A stretch of 63,507 nt of DNA, filler included, from Octopus bimaculoides (lineage: Eukaryota): NCBI RefSeq assembly GCF_001194135.2. It is 6 parts of 6 records of this genome, joined end to end, with 100 filler letters (N's around TTAATTAATTAA, not from the genome) between each part and the next. Parts side by side here need not be neighbours in the genome. Positions count along the whole stretch, not along the records: positions 21,755 to 27,104 come from NC_068989.1; positions 27,205 to 40,838 come from NC_068983.1; 4 more parts are not named here. The stretch is one strand, 5' to 3'. The position numbers were made by a program, and so were the translations under genes. Below the pieces are notes generated by a model. That model had not been told where the DNA came from. It was given only the letters and a program-made list of their open reading frames with translations, and searched no databases. Positions 24,164 through 36,193 of this stretch are shown here, piece by piece (the first letter of the stretch is position 1; every line of letters begins with the position of its first letter).

Positions 24164-24355
24164 ATATGTATGTGGATGTGTCTATATGTGCGTGTGTGCG
24201 CTTATGTCTGTCTGTGCGTGTGTATGTGCGCGTGTGTACGTATGTATGTGTGCGTAGCTGTGAGTGTCTATGTGTGTGTGTCTATGCGTGTGCGGATGCG
24301 CTTCTGTGTGTTACTATGTGTGTATGCGCGCGCGTGTATGTGTGAGTGTGCGAGT
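23140..24355. repeat. About 1.2 kb degenerate TG-rich low-complexity tract including (TCTA)n
   Basis: Continuous gtgtat/gtgtgc mosaics; (tcta)n at about 24080-24160. Confidence 0.9.
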
Positions 24356-24374
24356 GTTTTTCAATATTTTGGTG

Positions 24375-24605
24375 ATTGGTTTATTTGCTGCTGGCATTAT
24401 TCAGCTCCAGATCAGCATTTATCGACCAGACATCTTATCACAGGCATTACAGCCGTGACCATTCCATCGTCTTCATATCTGCATGGGAAATCAGGACCAC
24501 ATTATCCAGCATGTCCGTTTCTAATACACGAGGATGTAATTTCAGGAAGGTTTAAGGCAGATTTGGTTACTAAATTTAGTGATATCGAGTGACCACCAAG
24601 AGGCT
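24375..24605 (-). mobile_element. Family E copy (CpG-retaining)
   Basis: Reverse complement reads gtggtcactcgatatc...ggataatgtggtcct...atggtcacggctgtaatgcc...gctgatctggagct. Confidence 0.7.
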
Positions 24606-25279
24606 ACATCTTTGAGGGTTTTTTTTTTTTTTTAATTCGCTGAAAACAAAATGCTTTGTGGTATTTAGTCATGGTCCTTTACGTTCTGAATTCAAATCCC
24701 ACTAGGTTCGATTTCGTTGTCCCTCTGCGGTCGATACTACAAATACCAGTCAATATAGCAGATAGTTCCCTAAAGATCAATATGGTTGATCAACCATTCA
24801 TGGAGTCTTCTAATTAAGGTTGTTGATAGATTTTAGTGTTTTCCCATCATAAAAAATATATTGAAACGTTTGAGATAAATATTTGCAACTATGTCTATAT
24901 AAGTTGCTGCCGTGGTTCTGCAATTTAGAGGTTTGCTCGAAATCATGTGATTCCAGGTTTCTAAATTACCGCACACCACCTGAGGTGATTCACATTGAAG
25001 TATATTTGTTCATATATACTAATGAATGTTTACTATATTACTTTTCTATAAGATCCATCAACCATTAACTCAGCTGTGAAAACAAATCTCCATTTAGCAC
25101 TAAAAAGGATGTACTTAACACATCCAATCTCTAAGGGATTACGATCAAATAATGAGGATGACGGCATATGCTGTTGATGCCAGCATAAAAACCACCACAG
25201 TAACGGCGCACGTATTTAAATTTAGTAATGTATTATATAGCCATTGGTGGTCATCATCGTCGTCGACGTAGCCAACCAT

Positions 25280-26120
25280 TTCATGGCATGATGGAATGAA
25301 TGAACGACTCAAACGGCAGCTATCGGTGAAAATCATACCGTTAGTAATATACTCTTGTTATACCGATGACATAAACATTGTGATTAAAACAACTCCAAAA
25401 GCTGACGGTTTTCACTTTTCCAGAAACAACACACAAGCAATTCTCCGGATACAACCAGTTAGATCGGATACAACCAGCTCTCCGGATAGAACCAGTTAGA
25501 GAAACCAGAAAAGAAAGTTTTAAACCATTACCCACATTGATGCACATGGTATGTGTCTCATGTCCTAGAGTAAATTCTGGAACAGACTGAAAAGAAAAAT
25601 TAAGAAGGTAGACAGGAAAAACTTCTGATATGGCATAAATTCTAGGAAGTGATGGTCATCGATGCTGCTGTCAGAAGTATCTGGCCCGGAAATTCAATAA
25701 AGCGCTCTATGAAGCAAAATTTAAAATAGTTGAAAAAGAAGGCAGATCCATCATGTTACAACAATATAGGCTATACTCGTAAAAAAAAAACCCACCTTGC
25801 TCTGACAACAACAGCAGTAGAACATGTTCAACCAGCTCACAAATAAACAGCAGAACTAGAAATGGAGCATACTATTTATAATGCAGAGAAAAGCAGTAAA
25901 TGTGGTGTTACCAACACAAATCTATGAAGGAGAAACGGCTCTTTGCTGTAGTGCAAGAGCTGCAAGAAGAAACAAACAATATTCTTATCAATAAGACGAA
26001 CAGAAACACAGTACTTCGATAAAGAGCTATTATGAAAATTCTAAAAGGTCCATCATGAAAACATGAAGCTTCACAATATATTTATATAAGTCTTGACGTC
26101 TCGTATCTATTCAATGACAA
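25280..26120 (+). mobile_element. Decayed Penelope-like element (RT core to GIY-YIG region)
   Basis: WMNERLKRQLSVKIIPLVIYSCYTDDINIVIK resembles the PLE YxRYVDDINxV motif; later YEGET-like motif near 25920; many stops and frameshifts. Confidence 0.6.
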
Positions 26121-26777
26121 CGAATAGTATAAAGATGCAATAAGACTACAGCCAATTAAAGCCAACCGCATATATACACACGTGTTCCTAAGCTGGCAAT
26201 AATAAAAAAAATTAATAAATATGCCATCGATTCACGCACTTGCCATAGATATCTAACACAATAACAAAAAAATCAGTTGAAAACTCTCGCCCACCATCTG
26301 GAAAATCTATACTCATTGAAAATATCACAATGGTGATGTAACGAAATATTTAACGAAGGAAAGAACAAAAATAAGGAATATGGACAAAGTGCAATCTTAT
26401 AGGCTTTATAGTCTAAATGCAACTTTTTCAAAATACAACAATATAGCAATTAAGTATTTTAGCAAATAAATCCTCCGTTCTGCTGAGTTTAGAATGATTG
26501 TTTAGCCAACGGTATGGTATTTGGAGAAGCACCTTTTGTTTGCAAAGCGATTTTATAACTGGCGTGATATGACAAATAGATCTTAACTAAATTGCACGAT
26601 CACCTTCCAAATCACTCCCAGTTTTAAATATTTCGTTTAAAAAAACCTACTGATTAGAAATTTATGGTATTTATATCATGATAAAACTAAATGAACTTTC
26701 AGAAACACACGCAATACACACACACGCACACACATTTAATATATGCCTATATGTGTATATCTATAAATACACATGTT

Positions 26778-26807
<30 letters not shown>

Positions 26808-26815
<8 letters not shown>

Positions 26816-26990
26816 GAATTCACAAAGAAAACAAAAAGACGAAGACAGGTGGTGTAGAAAACAAACAGATGTGTTAGTATAACGCTCGGGAAGTGTAAAG
26901 GTCTTTAACATTTCGAGTCTACGCTCTTCCACAGAAAGGAAGACAGAAAGAAACAAGAAGAGAAACAAGGAGAGAAAATAAGAATATGTA
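26808..26990 (-). mobile_element. Short pLTR-like element with hammerhead-like fold (copy B)
   Basis: Homologous to 40600-40800 and 44505-44710; 3' end runs into (TA)n. Confidence 0.8.
26902..26939 (-). ncRNA. Minimal hammerhead-like motif, variant core (copy B)
   Basis: CCTTT-CTGTGGAA-GAGCGTAGACTC-GAAATGT-T-AAAGA on the minus strand. Confidence 0.55.
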
Positions 26991-27204
26991 GTAGATAGGT
27001 TTCTTTATTAGCCACACAGGGCTCAACACAGAGGGGACAAAATACAAATGTAGAGTTTTTCTTTTCGAGGGGGTCGAAAACAAAGCAGAAAAAAAAAAAA
27101 AAAANNNNNNNNNNNNNNNNNNNNNNNNNNNNNNNNNNNNNNNNNNNNTTAATTAATTAANNNNNNNNNNNNNNNNNNNNNNNNNNNNNNNNNNNNNNNN
27201 NNNN

Positions 27205-27253
<49 letters not shown>

Positions 27254-27256
<3 letters not shown>

Positions 27257-27411
27257 ACAGGTTTCTTTCAGTTTCCCCTTTAACTAAATTCTGTTACAAG
27301 ACTTTGGGTATCCCAGGGTTATAGCAGAAGATATCTGCCCAAGCTACTGTGTTGAAGGATTGTACTTGATGTCACACAGTTGGGAAACAAACTTTTTAAT
27401 CACACAGCCAT
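27254..27411 (-). mobile_element. SINE-A 5' half, old
   Basis: tttcagtttcc...gaagata.ctgcccaag...aatcacacagccat. Confidence 0.7.
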
Positions 27412-28869
27412 TAACAAATATTAGATATATTTTTATAAAAGAGGATTTTTAATACACTTGTGTTATTTGCTTATTCTCTATCAAACTCTTTCTCATAAAA
27501 TGCTACTGAAATTGAGTACTTCTTTTCTTTTCTTTTCTTTTCTTTTCTTTCTTTTCTTTATATGCTACACTTGGCTCTGATGAACAAAATGCATAAAAAA
27601 AAATCATCATGCTTTTTCATATCTGTTTGCTTTTATTGCCACAGAAATAGCTGTAGCTGGAAATCTTTAAGAGGACGTACAATTTCTTCATGAGAAATAT
27701 ACGTGACTAACAGCCACTTAATTTAATGACAACAATTTAATAGAAGTTCAGACTTCATGCTGTGTTTGAATTTTATATAGATACTTTAAATTTTCAGGTA
27801 ATTTAATTGAAGAAAATATGTTAGTCGTTGCTCCTGCTGCTATTGTTGATGTTAGTGAGTGCCAAATCAGCTTTAATCAAGCAAACCTATAAACAAAACA
27901 TTCTATCCATGACCATCTCAAACAAGTTTTGAGATAGTATATCTAATGCTTCATTTTCCAATGTGTCCTTCATTTTCTAACATGGTAATATGAGAATTGA
28001 AGGTGATTTGGCAGCTATGTCTAGCAAGCAAAAATGACTACATGAAGGCTTTCTAAACTTAATATCATTTTATGGTTTACATGTAAGATTCATTCCTTTC
28101 TGTTGGACTTATTTTTATTAAATCTCATTTTTCAGAAACTTGAGTGAATCATTTAATAGGCTTTTTTTTTTTTGTGCCAGCATGTGTTGGATGGATATCT
28201 ATCTATCTGAGGCAATATTTTCAGGTCTGGGTGCTCTTTTTGTTAGCAGCCCTTTCTTGTTTAGAAATTGTGTTTTTATTATTCTACTTTAAGAGTGCAG
28301 AGCTCCAGGATGTAATAACTTAAAGGGAATGTAAACATGACGCCATTTTTCATTCAGACAATCTCAACTAAAAGAACAAAAATGAGCGCTTCCATGCACA
28401 CACACCTGAGAAGGGAATAATAGGTAAAGACAATGGAAACATGATGATAGTTGGTAAAAAGATTCAACAGAGAACAGCATGGACAGCATTATATCAGAAG
28501 ACAGATTGCTAGGAGAAAGAGAGTAACAGCATAGGGAGTATGAGAGAGAGAGAGATGGCCTGAAAGAGTGGTGATAAGGAGGTGTTTAGTATGGACAACA
28601 ACCAATATGAGGCCATCCCTCTGCAATGAAAGAGGGAGAAACTAATTGTATGGATTACTAATTAATTACAATGGATACTACTAGAAAAAGTACACTGATA
28701 GAGGAGAATGTGAGTGACAAATAAGAAAATAATGAAGACCGAGAGATAATGGTATATGAAGATTTAATATGAACATAAATATTAAAAGAGATCCAAATAT
28801 AGTTACATATCCCAATCATTTTCATCATCACTACCATCAATATTTTTTAATGTTTTCCTATGTTTCTAT

Positions 28870-29065
28870 GGAGTGGGAAGGTCCTTTACATTTTGGCACC
28901 TCACAAGTTGGAAAAGGATCTGTCTCATAAGAGCAGTCTTTACTACTCATACTATGTCTTCCAAAGTTTGCTTCTCCCATCGATTCCATTCAGTTGGAGT
29001 GTTCAGCATTCTTTATACAGCTGACAACCACCTTACATACCATATGCACATGCCAGTGTTGTTTT
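28870..29065 (-). mobile_element. Highly decayed RTE family 1 3' end
   Basis: Parallels the WYG...CIK.C...KT..VVK region of 20460-20700. Confidence 0.5.
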
Positions 29066-29139
29066 TTTAGTTTTTCACATTTTGCTCAATTTCTCTTGCA
29101 TTCAATTTTGTTCTCAGCTCATTTAGATACAATCAATCA

Positions 29140-29612
29140 TGTACATTAATTTTGGTTTCAAATTTTGGCACAAAATCGACCCCACATTGACCCCCCACCC
29201 CACCCTGCCATTGCTCAACTGGTACCTATTTCATAAACTCCAAAACAGTGAGAGGCAAAGTCAACCTCAGCAGAATTTGAACTCAGAATATAAATCTGGA
29301 TGAAAAGCTGCAACGCATTTTTCTGATATGCAAACAATTCTTGTTTCTTTATTGCCCACAAGGGGCTAAACACATAGGGGACAAACAAGGACAGACAAAG
29401 AGATTAAGTCGATTACATTGACCCCAGTGTGTAACTGGTACTTAATTTATCAACCTCGAAAGGTTGAAAGGCAAAGTCGACCTCAGCGGAATTTGAACTC
29501 AGAACATAACGGCAGACAAAATACCGCTAAGCATTTTGCCCAGCGTTCTAAAGTTTCTGCCAGCTCGCCTGATGTGCAAACAATTTTGTCAGCTTGCCGC
29601 CCTAATCATTTA
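29140..29612 (-). mobile_element. Old SINE-B with a young SINE-B (29340-29568) nested in its head
   Basis: 17-bp TSD CTGAT(A/G)TGCAAACAATT at 29323-29339 and 29569-29585. Confidence 0.9.
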
Positions 29613-29689
29613 CATTGATACTGATCATCCAAAATAGCATCTCGGTTTATTTCTTTCCAGCCTATTTAAGACCTCTGTATCTAAAGCCA

Positions 29690-30330
29690 ATATCAGGCAC
29701 TACTCCATACACAAATATCATACTATTGTCCTTCTACCCTGAAAAAGAAAGCCTTTCTCACTAGGAGAAGTAATAGCTTCTTGATCCTTTTCTACCTCAT
29801 TCTCATTCTGGCATCTGTATTTTTCAGAATACACATCGCCACTGCTAATTATGTCTCCTAAGTAACAAATGCTATCAACCACTTCTAAAGAGCCTTCTAA
29901 GGATATGGAAGAATTCATGACTGTTGTGCATCTGTCATATGTGAAGTCAATTTACTCTGTCACCAGGTAATTTCACTACATCATGTGTGCATTATTAATT
30001 TACCATTCAATGCATGGAATTCCTATTTATTCCTTCATTGCAAACCAACAAAGTTACTTTAATTACCAACAATAGCATCCTGTCATTTTTTCAGCTCCTA
30101 AAACTTTAGTCTTTGCAATGTTTGCTTTGAGAACTCTCAGTCATAGAGTTTGATCCCAAAGTTAGAATTTCTTCATAATTCCTTGATTAATTCAGCTATA
30201 AGACTCATGCCATCAGCATACAGCAGGAGGTTTTTTTCCCTGGACAGGTTATCTTAAAATGTTCTGATGTTGCCAGGAAGAATACAATAAACAGAAGGGG
30301 AACTGAACCCTGATGAACACCAACCTGTAC
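29690..30330 (-). mobile_element. RTE LINE RT-domain remnant
   Basis: VGVHQGSV.PLLF...; SLEVVDSICYLGDIISSG motifs. Confidence 0.8.
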
Positions 30331-31177
30331 ATCACATCCTCATAAATATACATTATATCCTTCACTAATCCCTGTTAATTTTCCCCTAATTAATTATATC
30401 TCTGACTTACACAACTCTCACAATCAGTCATTATCATAGATTTCGCTGTCATCATCGTCATTTCCTCCACCATTTGATCCAAAAATCTGGATCATTTCAC
30501 CTAATTTTCGTTTTACAGTATGTTCTTTTGTTTGAAAGGGAATGTACATTATACTTTAAAAACTTGACCAATGGCTATCATGTATTTTTCATACATGACA
30601 CACACTGCAACTTTCATTTCATGCACACACACACATATATAATGCAGGGACATATATTCCAGGTGTGTTAGGTGTGTGCTGCACATCCATCGAAACTGGC
30701 AAATACATTATAAATCTTAACTTTACTCATTAATTTAAACCCAAATCTTAACGAAAAACTTTTGTAATACCCCTACTTGAAATTTTGTGGCATTAGATGT
30801 GGCAGCAGATCCAATACAACAACCACCATGTGCTACTGATATAATGTATAGTTGCATCATAAGCAACATGACTGTTACACTGGGTTTTTGGTAGGTAATG
30901 GAGTTATGTAGGTTGTAGAGAGCGACTAACAGATTCAATGCTTTATCACAAACAAATACATGAATTTAAACAAACAAATACATAACTGACAACAGCATAT
31001 ATGTCATTGATGGATCGAGTTAATACATTGGTTATCAATGCTCACATACACACACACATTACATATATATACTTATGTGTATACATGCAGAAACATGCAT
31101 ACATGCAGAAACATGCATACATGCATAATTCTGCAGTGATACCATTTCCAAAGATATTTATTAATCATTATACTTAC

Positions 31178-31229
31178 ATTTTCCACATAAGGCTGACATA
31201 CTGTCAAATTAATAGTATGTTCCGATGAC
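31178..31229 (-). CDS. FRMPD4: Internal coding exon (52 nt, phase 2 to phase 0) of the same gene; encodes (R)SSEHTINLTVCQPYVEN, the last PDZ strand
   Basis: Acceptor ttttgtgtactttag| and donor AAT|gtaagt. Phase joins exactly to the 33659 exon (AG|G = Arg). Peptide parallels FRMPD4 RSCKESILLTVIQPY. Visible inside ORF-track entry 31073..31330(-). Confidence 0.92.
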
Positions 31230-31344
31230 CTAAAGTACACAAAATGAATGGAGTAGTGATATGCATACATATTCATATAGCTAGTAATTGAATATACATA
31301 GATAACTGGGTAACATGATGCATTGAGCACTTACTTATGAACAC

Positions 31345-31377
<33 letters not shown>

Positions 31378-31564
31378 NNNNNNNNNNNNNNNNNNNNNNN
31401 NNNNNNNNNNNNNNNNNNNNNNNNNNNNNNNNNNNNNNNNNNNNNNNNNNNNNNNNNNNNNNNNNNNNNNNNNNNNNNNNNNNNNNNNNNNNNNNNNNNN
31501 NNNNNNNNNNNNNNNNNNNNNNNNNNNNNNACATATATATAGATAGATAGAAAGATACTCGCAT

Positions 31565-31614
<50 letters not shown>

Positions 31615-32257
31615 GCATGCATATGTGTATATTGTGTGTTTACATACATATGGGTTGAGTTATGATAGCTATTTAACTCATATCAATTTACTCTCTTTTG
31701 TTTTATTTTGTAATAATATTAGATAGAAAATATAATACATAATGTTATTATATTTTATTAATATATTACTAGCAATTCTCGTGCAAATTCCACAATTATT
31801 TTGAAAATTGGAAAAATGGAATTGCATACTTTTCTGAAGCATTTGATTTATGAGATGGTGTAAAGGTCCACATTGGTAGTACTGAATGTATAATCTCGAA
31901 AAAACATCTCTGAAAATCATATTCTTACATCTTCCACTTTGTGTGTCGTTATTTATGATTTTTCATTTTACATCAAGAAGTAAACAATTTAAAATATGAA
32001 ACAAAATGAAGACATCATCTATAATAATATTCTGCTACAGTACATTGGTAAAGTTTTAACAGATCTTTATCCAACTATTTGAAAAAAAAAATACAAAACC
32101 TTCATACTGTAAATTTCCTCGATCTTTCACTTGTTAGTTTAAATTATTTATCATTGCTCATATTTCATTTAAAAAATATGTTTTAATTGAGCAGATGATA
32201 ATTAATTGCACTAACGTTGATGCATTAAGTGATGGGTGATATATATATATATATATA

Positions 32258-32385
32258 GGTGTAGGAGTGGCTGTGTGGTAAGTAGCTTGCTTACCAACCA
32301 CATGGTTCTGGGTTCAGTTCCACTGTGTGGCACCTTGGGCTAGTGTCTTCTACTATAGCCTTGGGCCGACCAAAGCCTTGTGAGT
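32258..32385 (+). mobile_element. SINE-A 5' half
   Basis: ggtgtaggagtggctgtgtggtaagtagcttgc...gccgaccaaagccttgtgag. Confidence 0.9.
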
Positions 32386-32399
32386 AAAATTTTCTTCAA

Positions 32400-32660
32400 C
32401 TAGCCATGTGACAGCATATATGTATATTCTATTTGTTTCCATCATTGGACTACAGAGACACTGCCTTGAAAATTTTAATGGACCAAATCAACCCCAGTAT
32501 CTAATGTTTTTTTTAATTTTTTTAGTCGGGTACTTATGGTCTCTCATGGGTTCTTTTGCTGAACCATTATGTTAGAGGGATGTAAACAAACCAACAGTGG
32601 GTATCAAGCAATGGTGGGAGTAGAAACTCAAGCACGAAGACACATGCACACACATACATA
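32400..32660 (-). mobile_element. SINE-A variant 3' half
   Basis: cttttgctgaacca...gatgtaaacaaaccaac...tcaagcaatggtggg, as at 5080-5150. Confidence 0.7.
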
Positions 32661-32676
32661 CATACATGTATGTATG

Positions 32677-32712
<36 letters not shown>

Positions 32713-32713
<1 letters not shown>

Positions 32714-33101
32714 TGTTGTTGTTGTTGTTGGCACTCCGTCGTTTACGATGTCGAGGGTTCCAGTTGATCCAATCAACGAAACAGCCTGCTTGTGAAATTA
32801 ACGTGCAAGTGGCTGAGCACTCCACAGACACGTGTACCCTTAACGTAGTTTTAGGGGATATTCAGCGTGACACAGTGTGACAAGGCTGACCCTTTGAAAT
32901 ACAGGCACAACAGAAACAGGAAGTAAGAAAAAGTTGTGGTGGAAGAGTACAGCAGGGTTCGCCACCATCCCCTGCTGGAGCCTCGTGGAGCTTTAGGTGT
33001 TTTCACTCAATAAACACTCACAACGCCCGGTCTGGGAATCGAAACCACGATCCTATGACTGCGAGTCCGCTGCCCTAACCACTAGGCCATTGCACCTCCA
33101 C
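32713..33101 (-). mobile_element. Full-length young SINE-C with (AAC)n tail and non-CORE middle
   Basis: Minus-strand head gtggaggtgcaatggcctagtggttagggcagcggactcgcagtcataggatcgtggtttcgattcccagacc (A and B boxes). Confidence 0.9.
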
Positions 33102-33118
33102 ATATATATATATATCAC

Positions 33119-33245
33119 CATCATCATCATCATCGTTTAACGTCCGCTTTCCATGCTAGCATGGGTTGGACGATTTGACTGAGGACTGGTGAAACTGGAT
33201 GGCAACACCAGGCTCCAATCTAATTTGGCAGAGTTTCTACAGCTG

Positions 33246-33249
<4 letters not shown>
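33119..33249 (-). mobile_element. Young family D (RTE 3' end)
   Basis: About 95% identical to the reverse complement of 36065-36193. Confidence 0.9.
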
Positions 33250-33280
<31 letters not shown>

Positions 33281-33336
33281 TTGAAGAAATAAGGTACTCA
33301 TATAATATCTGTACATCACCTCCAAACCTTCTAATA

Positions 33337-33374
<38 letters not shown>

Positions 33375-33377
<3 letters not shown>

Positions 33378-33535
33378 GATGGATTTCTATACAATATCCA
33401 TCTAACTGGTTCACTCACAAGGCATTGGTCAGCTTGAGGCTATAGTAGAAGTCAATTGCCTATGGTACCATACAGTGGGACTGAATTTGAAATCACATAG
33501 TTGCAAAGTGAGTTTTATAACCACACAGTCATACC
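33375..33535 (-). mobile_element. SINE-A 5' half
   Basis: cactcacaaggcattggtcagcttgaggctatagtagaag...ccacacagtcatacc. Confidence 0.8.
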
Positions 33536-33657
33536 TTTTGTACCTGTAATATCAGATCATTTGTGGCAGACAATCAGACAGACAGAATACATGCTTGTGT
33601 GCATGAATGTCTCTGGAAAAGTAAACATCATTAAACATAAAATGAGGATGATAATTA

Positions 33658-33840
<183 letters not shown>

Positions 33841-34454
33841 TCAATAAGAAATTTTTCCTTGACGATAGAAGTTTTAAGGAGATCTTTTGTGTTACAGAAA
33901 ATCATTTTAATTTCAGGAAGTTTGAATTGAAGAAAATTCTGAGTGATTAATGGGGTGGACTTTTGAATTCAAAGTCTGCCATTAAAACTGTATTCAGAAC
34001 CAAGACAAACCACTTTGCTTGTCTCATTCAACTCAGTTCAAAATTAAATAACACTTCTACTTCAGACTTAAGTGGTGAGTATTTGAAAAGACATTCTGAA
34101 TTACTTTAGTCATTTAAGAAGTTCACAACAGAATTGTCCAACAGATTTTTGTATAGAATCATTTTCCTTTATGACTGCCAAAATTAAAACATGAAAAACC
34201 TTTAAATATTTTAGTCGGTGTCAAAGCAACTTTAAGATGCTTAATATGTTTGGTTTTTGAGTATGAATGGTCACATTGTTTAAGCAATAATTTACTTGTC
34301 TGAAGTGGCTGAGTAGAGGAACAATATGTTAAAGACATAAATCTCTCTTTGCTTCAATAAAATCTCAAAAGATTGCTGTTTAAAAACAACCTTAAAACTT
34401 AAGCTGTCACAAACTCCTTTACTACTATTTTCTAATTTCAGCTAGTTGGCTAAA

Positions 34455-34985
34455 CTGATCCCAATAGCTGACTCATACTTTATTTTATTGACCACAAAAG
34501 AATGAAAGGCTAAGTTGGCCTTGGTAGGATTTGAACTTGGAATTTAATTTTCTTCACTACTACTATTGATTTGAAGTGTTGAGCAGGCAGAACCGAACCA
34601 CTAGCATGCTGGGCAAAATACATTGTGACATTTCATCCATTTTGTGTTCTGCATTCAAATTCCACCAAGATTGACTTTGCCTCTCATCCTTTCAAGATCG
34701 ATAAAATAAGTACCAGTTGAGCAAAATTTAAAACCAATATTACAAGTGATCTAAAATAATTATATTTCTACTCTAAAGATCACATTCCCTCTCAAAGCTA
34801 GGTCATCATCATCATTTAGCATCCATTTTCCATGCTGGCATGATTTGGGCAGTTTCACAGAAGATGGCAAACCAGAGGACAGCACCAAACTTTACTGCCT
34901 GTTTTGGCATGGGTTTTATGGCTGGATGCCCTTTCCTAACACGAACCACCTTACAGAGTGCACTGGCACTTTCTGCATGGCATGG
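34455..34985. mobile_element. SINE-B fragments (34455-34545 -, 34575-34725 +) and old family D (34803-34985 -)
   Basis: Motif matches to the respective families. Confidence 0.7.
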
Positions 34986-35640
34986 TTTTACAGTAATTCT
35001 TAAAAACAGATTTTAGGAACTCTAATTGTAATGCTTTAATTTTCTCAAGAATTTAAAACAATTTCTGCTCTTATGAAATCACAGAAAATTATACTATATT
35101 GTAAGGAAATCATTGAAATTTTATCTTCTAATTTATTCTTTCTTTCCTCTCTTACCTTTTCTGTCTATTCATTACAAAGAAACAAATTTAGAAGTTAAGG
35201 CATAATCCAATAAAATATGACATTACTTACTCTCACTATGTCTGAGTTGGTTAATCTATTATATCAGGTGGCAGATATTGTAAATATCTCACCATCAAAT
35301 CAGACATGACCTAAGTATAGCTTGAATACTACAGTAAGGTTTTGAAAAAGAAATACAAGAAACTTAAGATGGTCGCTCTTCAGCAAAGATAAGTCTGGAA
35401 GCTATTGTTTGATTTGTAAATATTTGGAAAATGTGTCTATTTCTGAAACTAGCATCTGAACCAAACACATGCAACATAAATCAATTTAAAATCCTAATAG
35501 CTTTAGTGGAAAAGCAAGTTAAGAACTAGATTCATAGTTTCTTATAATGAAATCACCTGTATGCACGATTTCTTTAGAATCTACATTGCTTACTCTAGGT
35601 TGCTGAAAAATTGCTGCCTGTCTATTTTGTGACAATATGT

Positions 35641-35652
35641 TAGAGAGAGAGG

Positions 35653-35699
<47 letters not shown>

Positions 35700-35723
35700 N
35701 NNNNNNNNNNNNNNNNTATATAT

Positions 35724-35767
<44 letters not shown>

Positions 35768-35780
35768 GCAGACAGACAGA
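35641..35780. repeat. (GA)n microsatellite spanning a gap
   Basis: Direct inspection. Confidence 0.95.
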
Positions 35781-35887
35781 GACTCTAACTGAAAAACTTA
35801 AGAATTTACATAAATATTTTAATTTGTGGATTTGACAAAACTTTATCAATACAAAAAGATAAAATGACTGAATAATAGAAAACAAAT

Positions 35888-36193
35888 CAACATCATCATC
35901 GTTGTCATTTAGCGTCCACTTTTCATGCTGGCATGGGTTGGGTAGTTTGACGGGAGCTGGCCAGCTGGGGAGCTGGCCAGCTGGGGAGCTGCCCAGGTTC
36001 AATTGTCTATTGGCACGTAAAAGCACCTACTACACTCTTAGAGTGGTTGGCATTAGGAAGGGCATCCAGCTGTAGAAACTCTGCCAAATCAGATTGGAGC
36101 CTGGTGTAGCCATCTGGTTCACCAGTCTTCAGTCAAATCGTCCAACCCATGCTAGCATGGAAAGCGGACGTTAAACGACGATGATGATGATGA
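35888..36193. mobile_element. Head-to-head pair of family D copies (35888-36013 -, 36015-36193 +)
   Basis: (cat)n...ccacttttcatgctggcatggg on the left; gtaaaagcacc...ccatgctagcatggaaagcggacgttaaacgacgatgatg on the right. Confidence 0.85.

Noticed and set aside
23996-24592. 198-aa ORF
   Set aside because: Microsatellite followed by the antisense strand of a family E repeat.
25442-25500. CRISPR-like array
   Set aside because: Eukaryotic context, three short units, no unique spacers or cas genes.
33020-33101. tRNA gene
   Set aside because: tRNA-derived SINE-C head continuing into SINE body; no acceptor stem or terminator.
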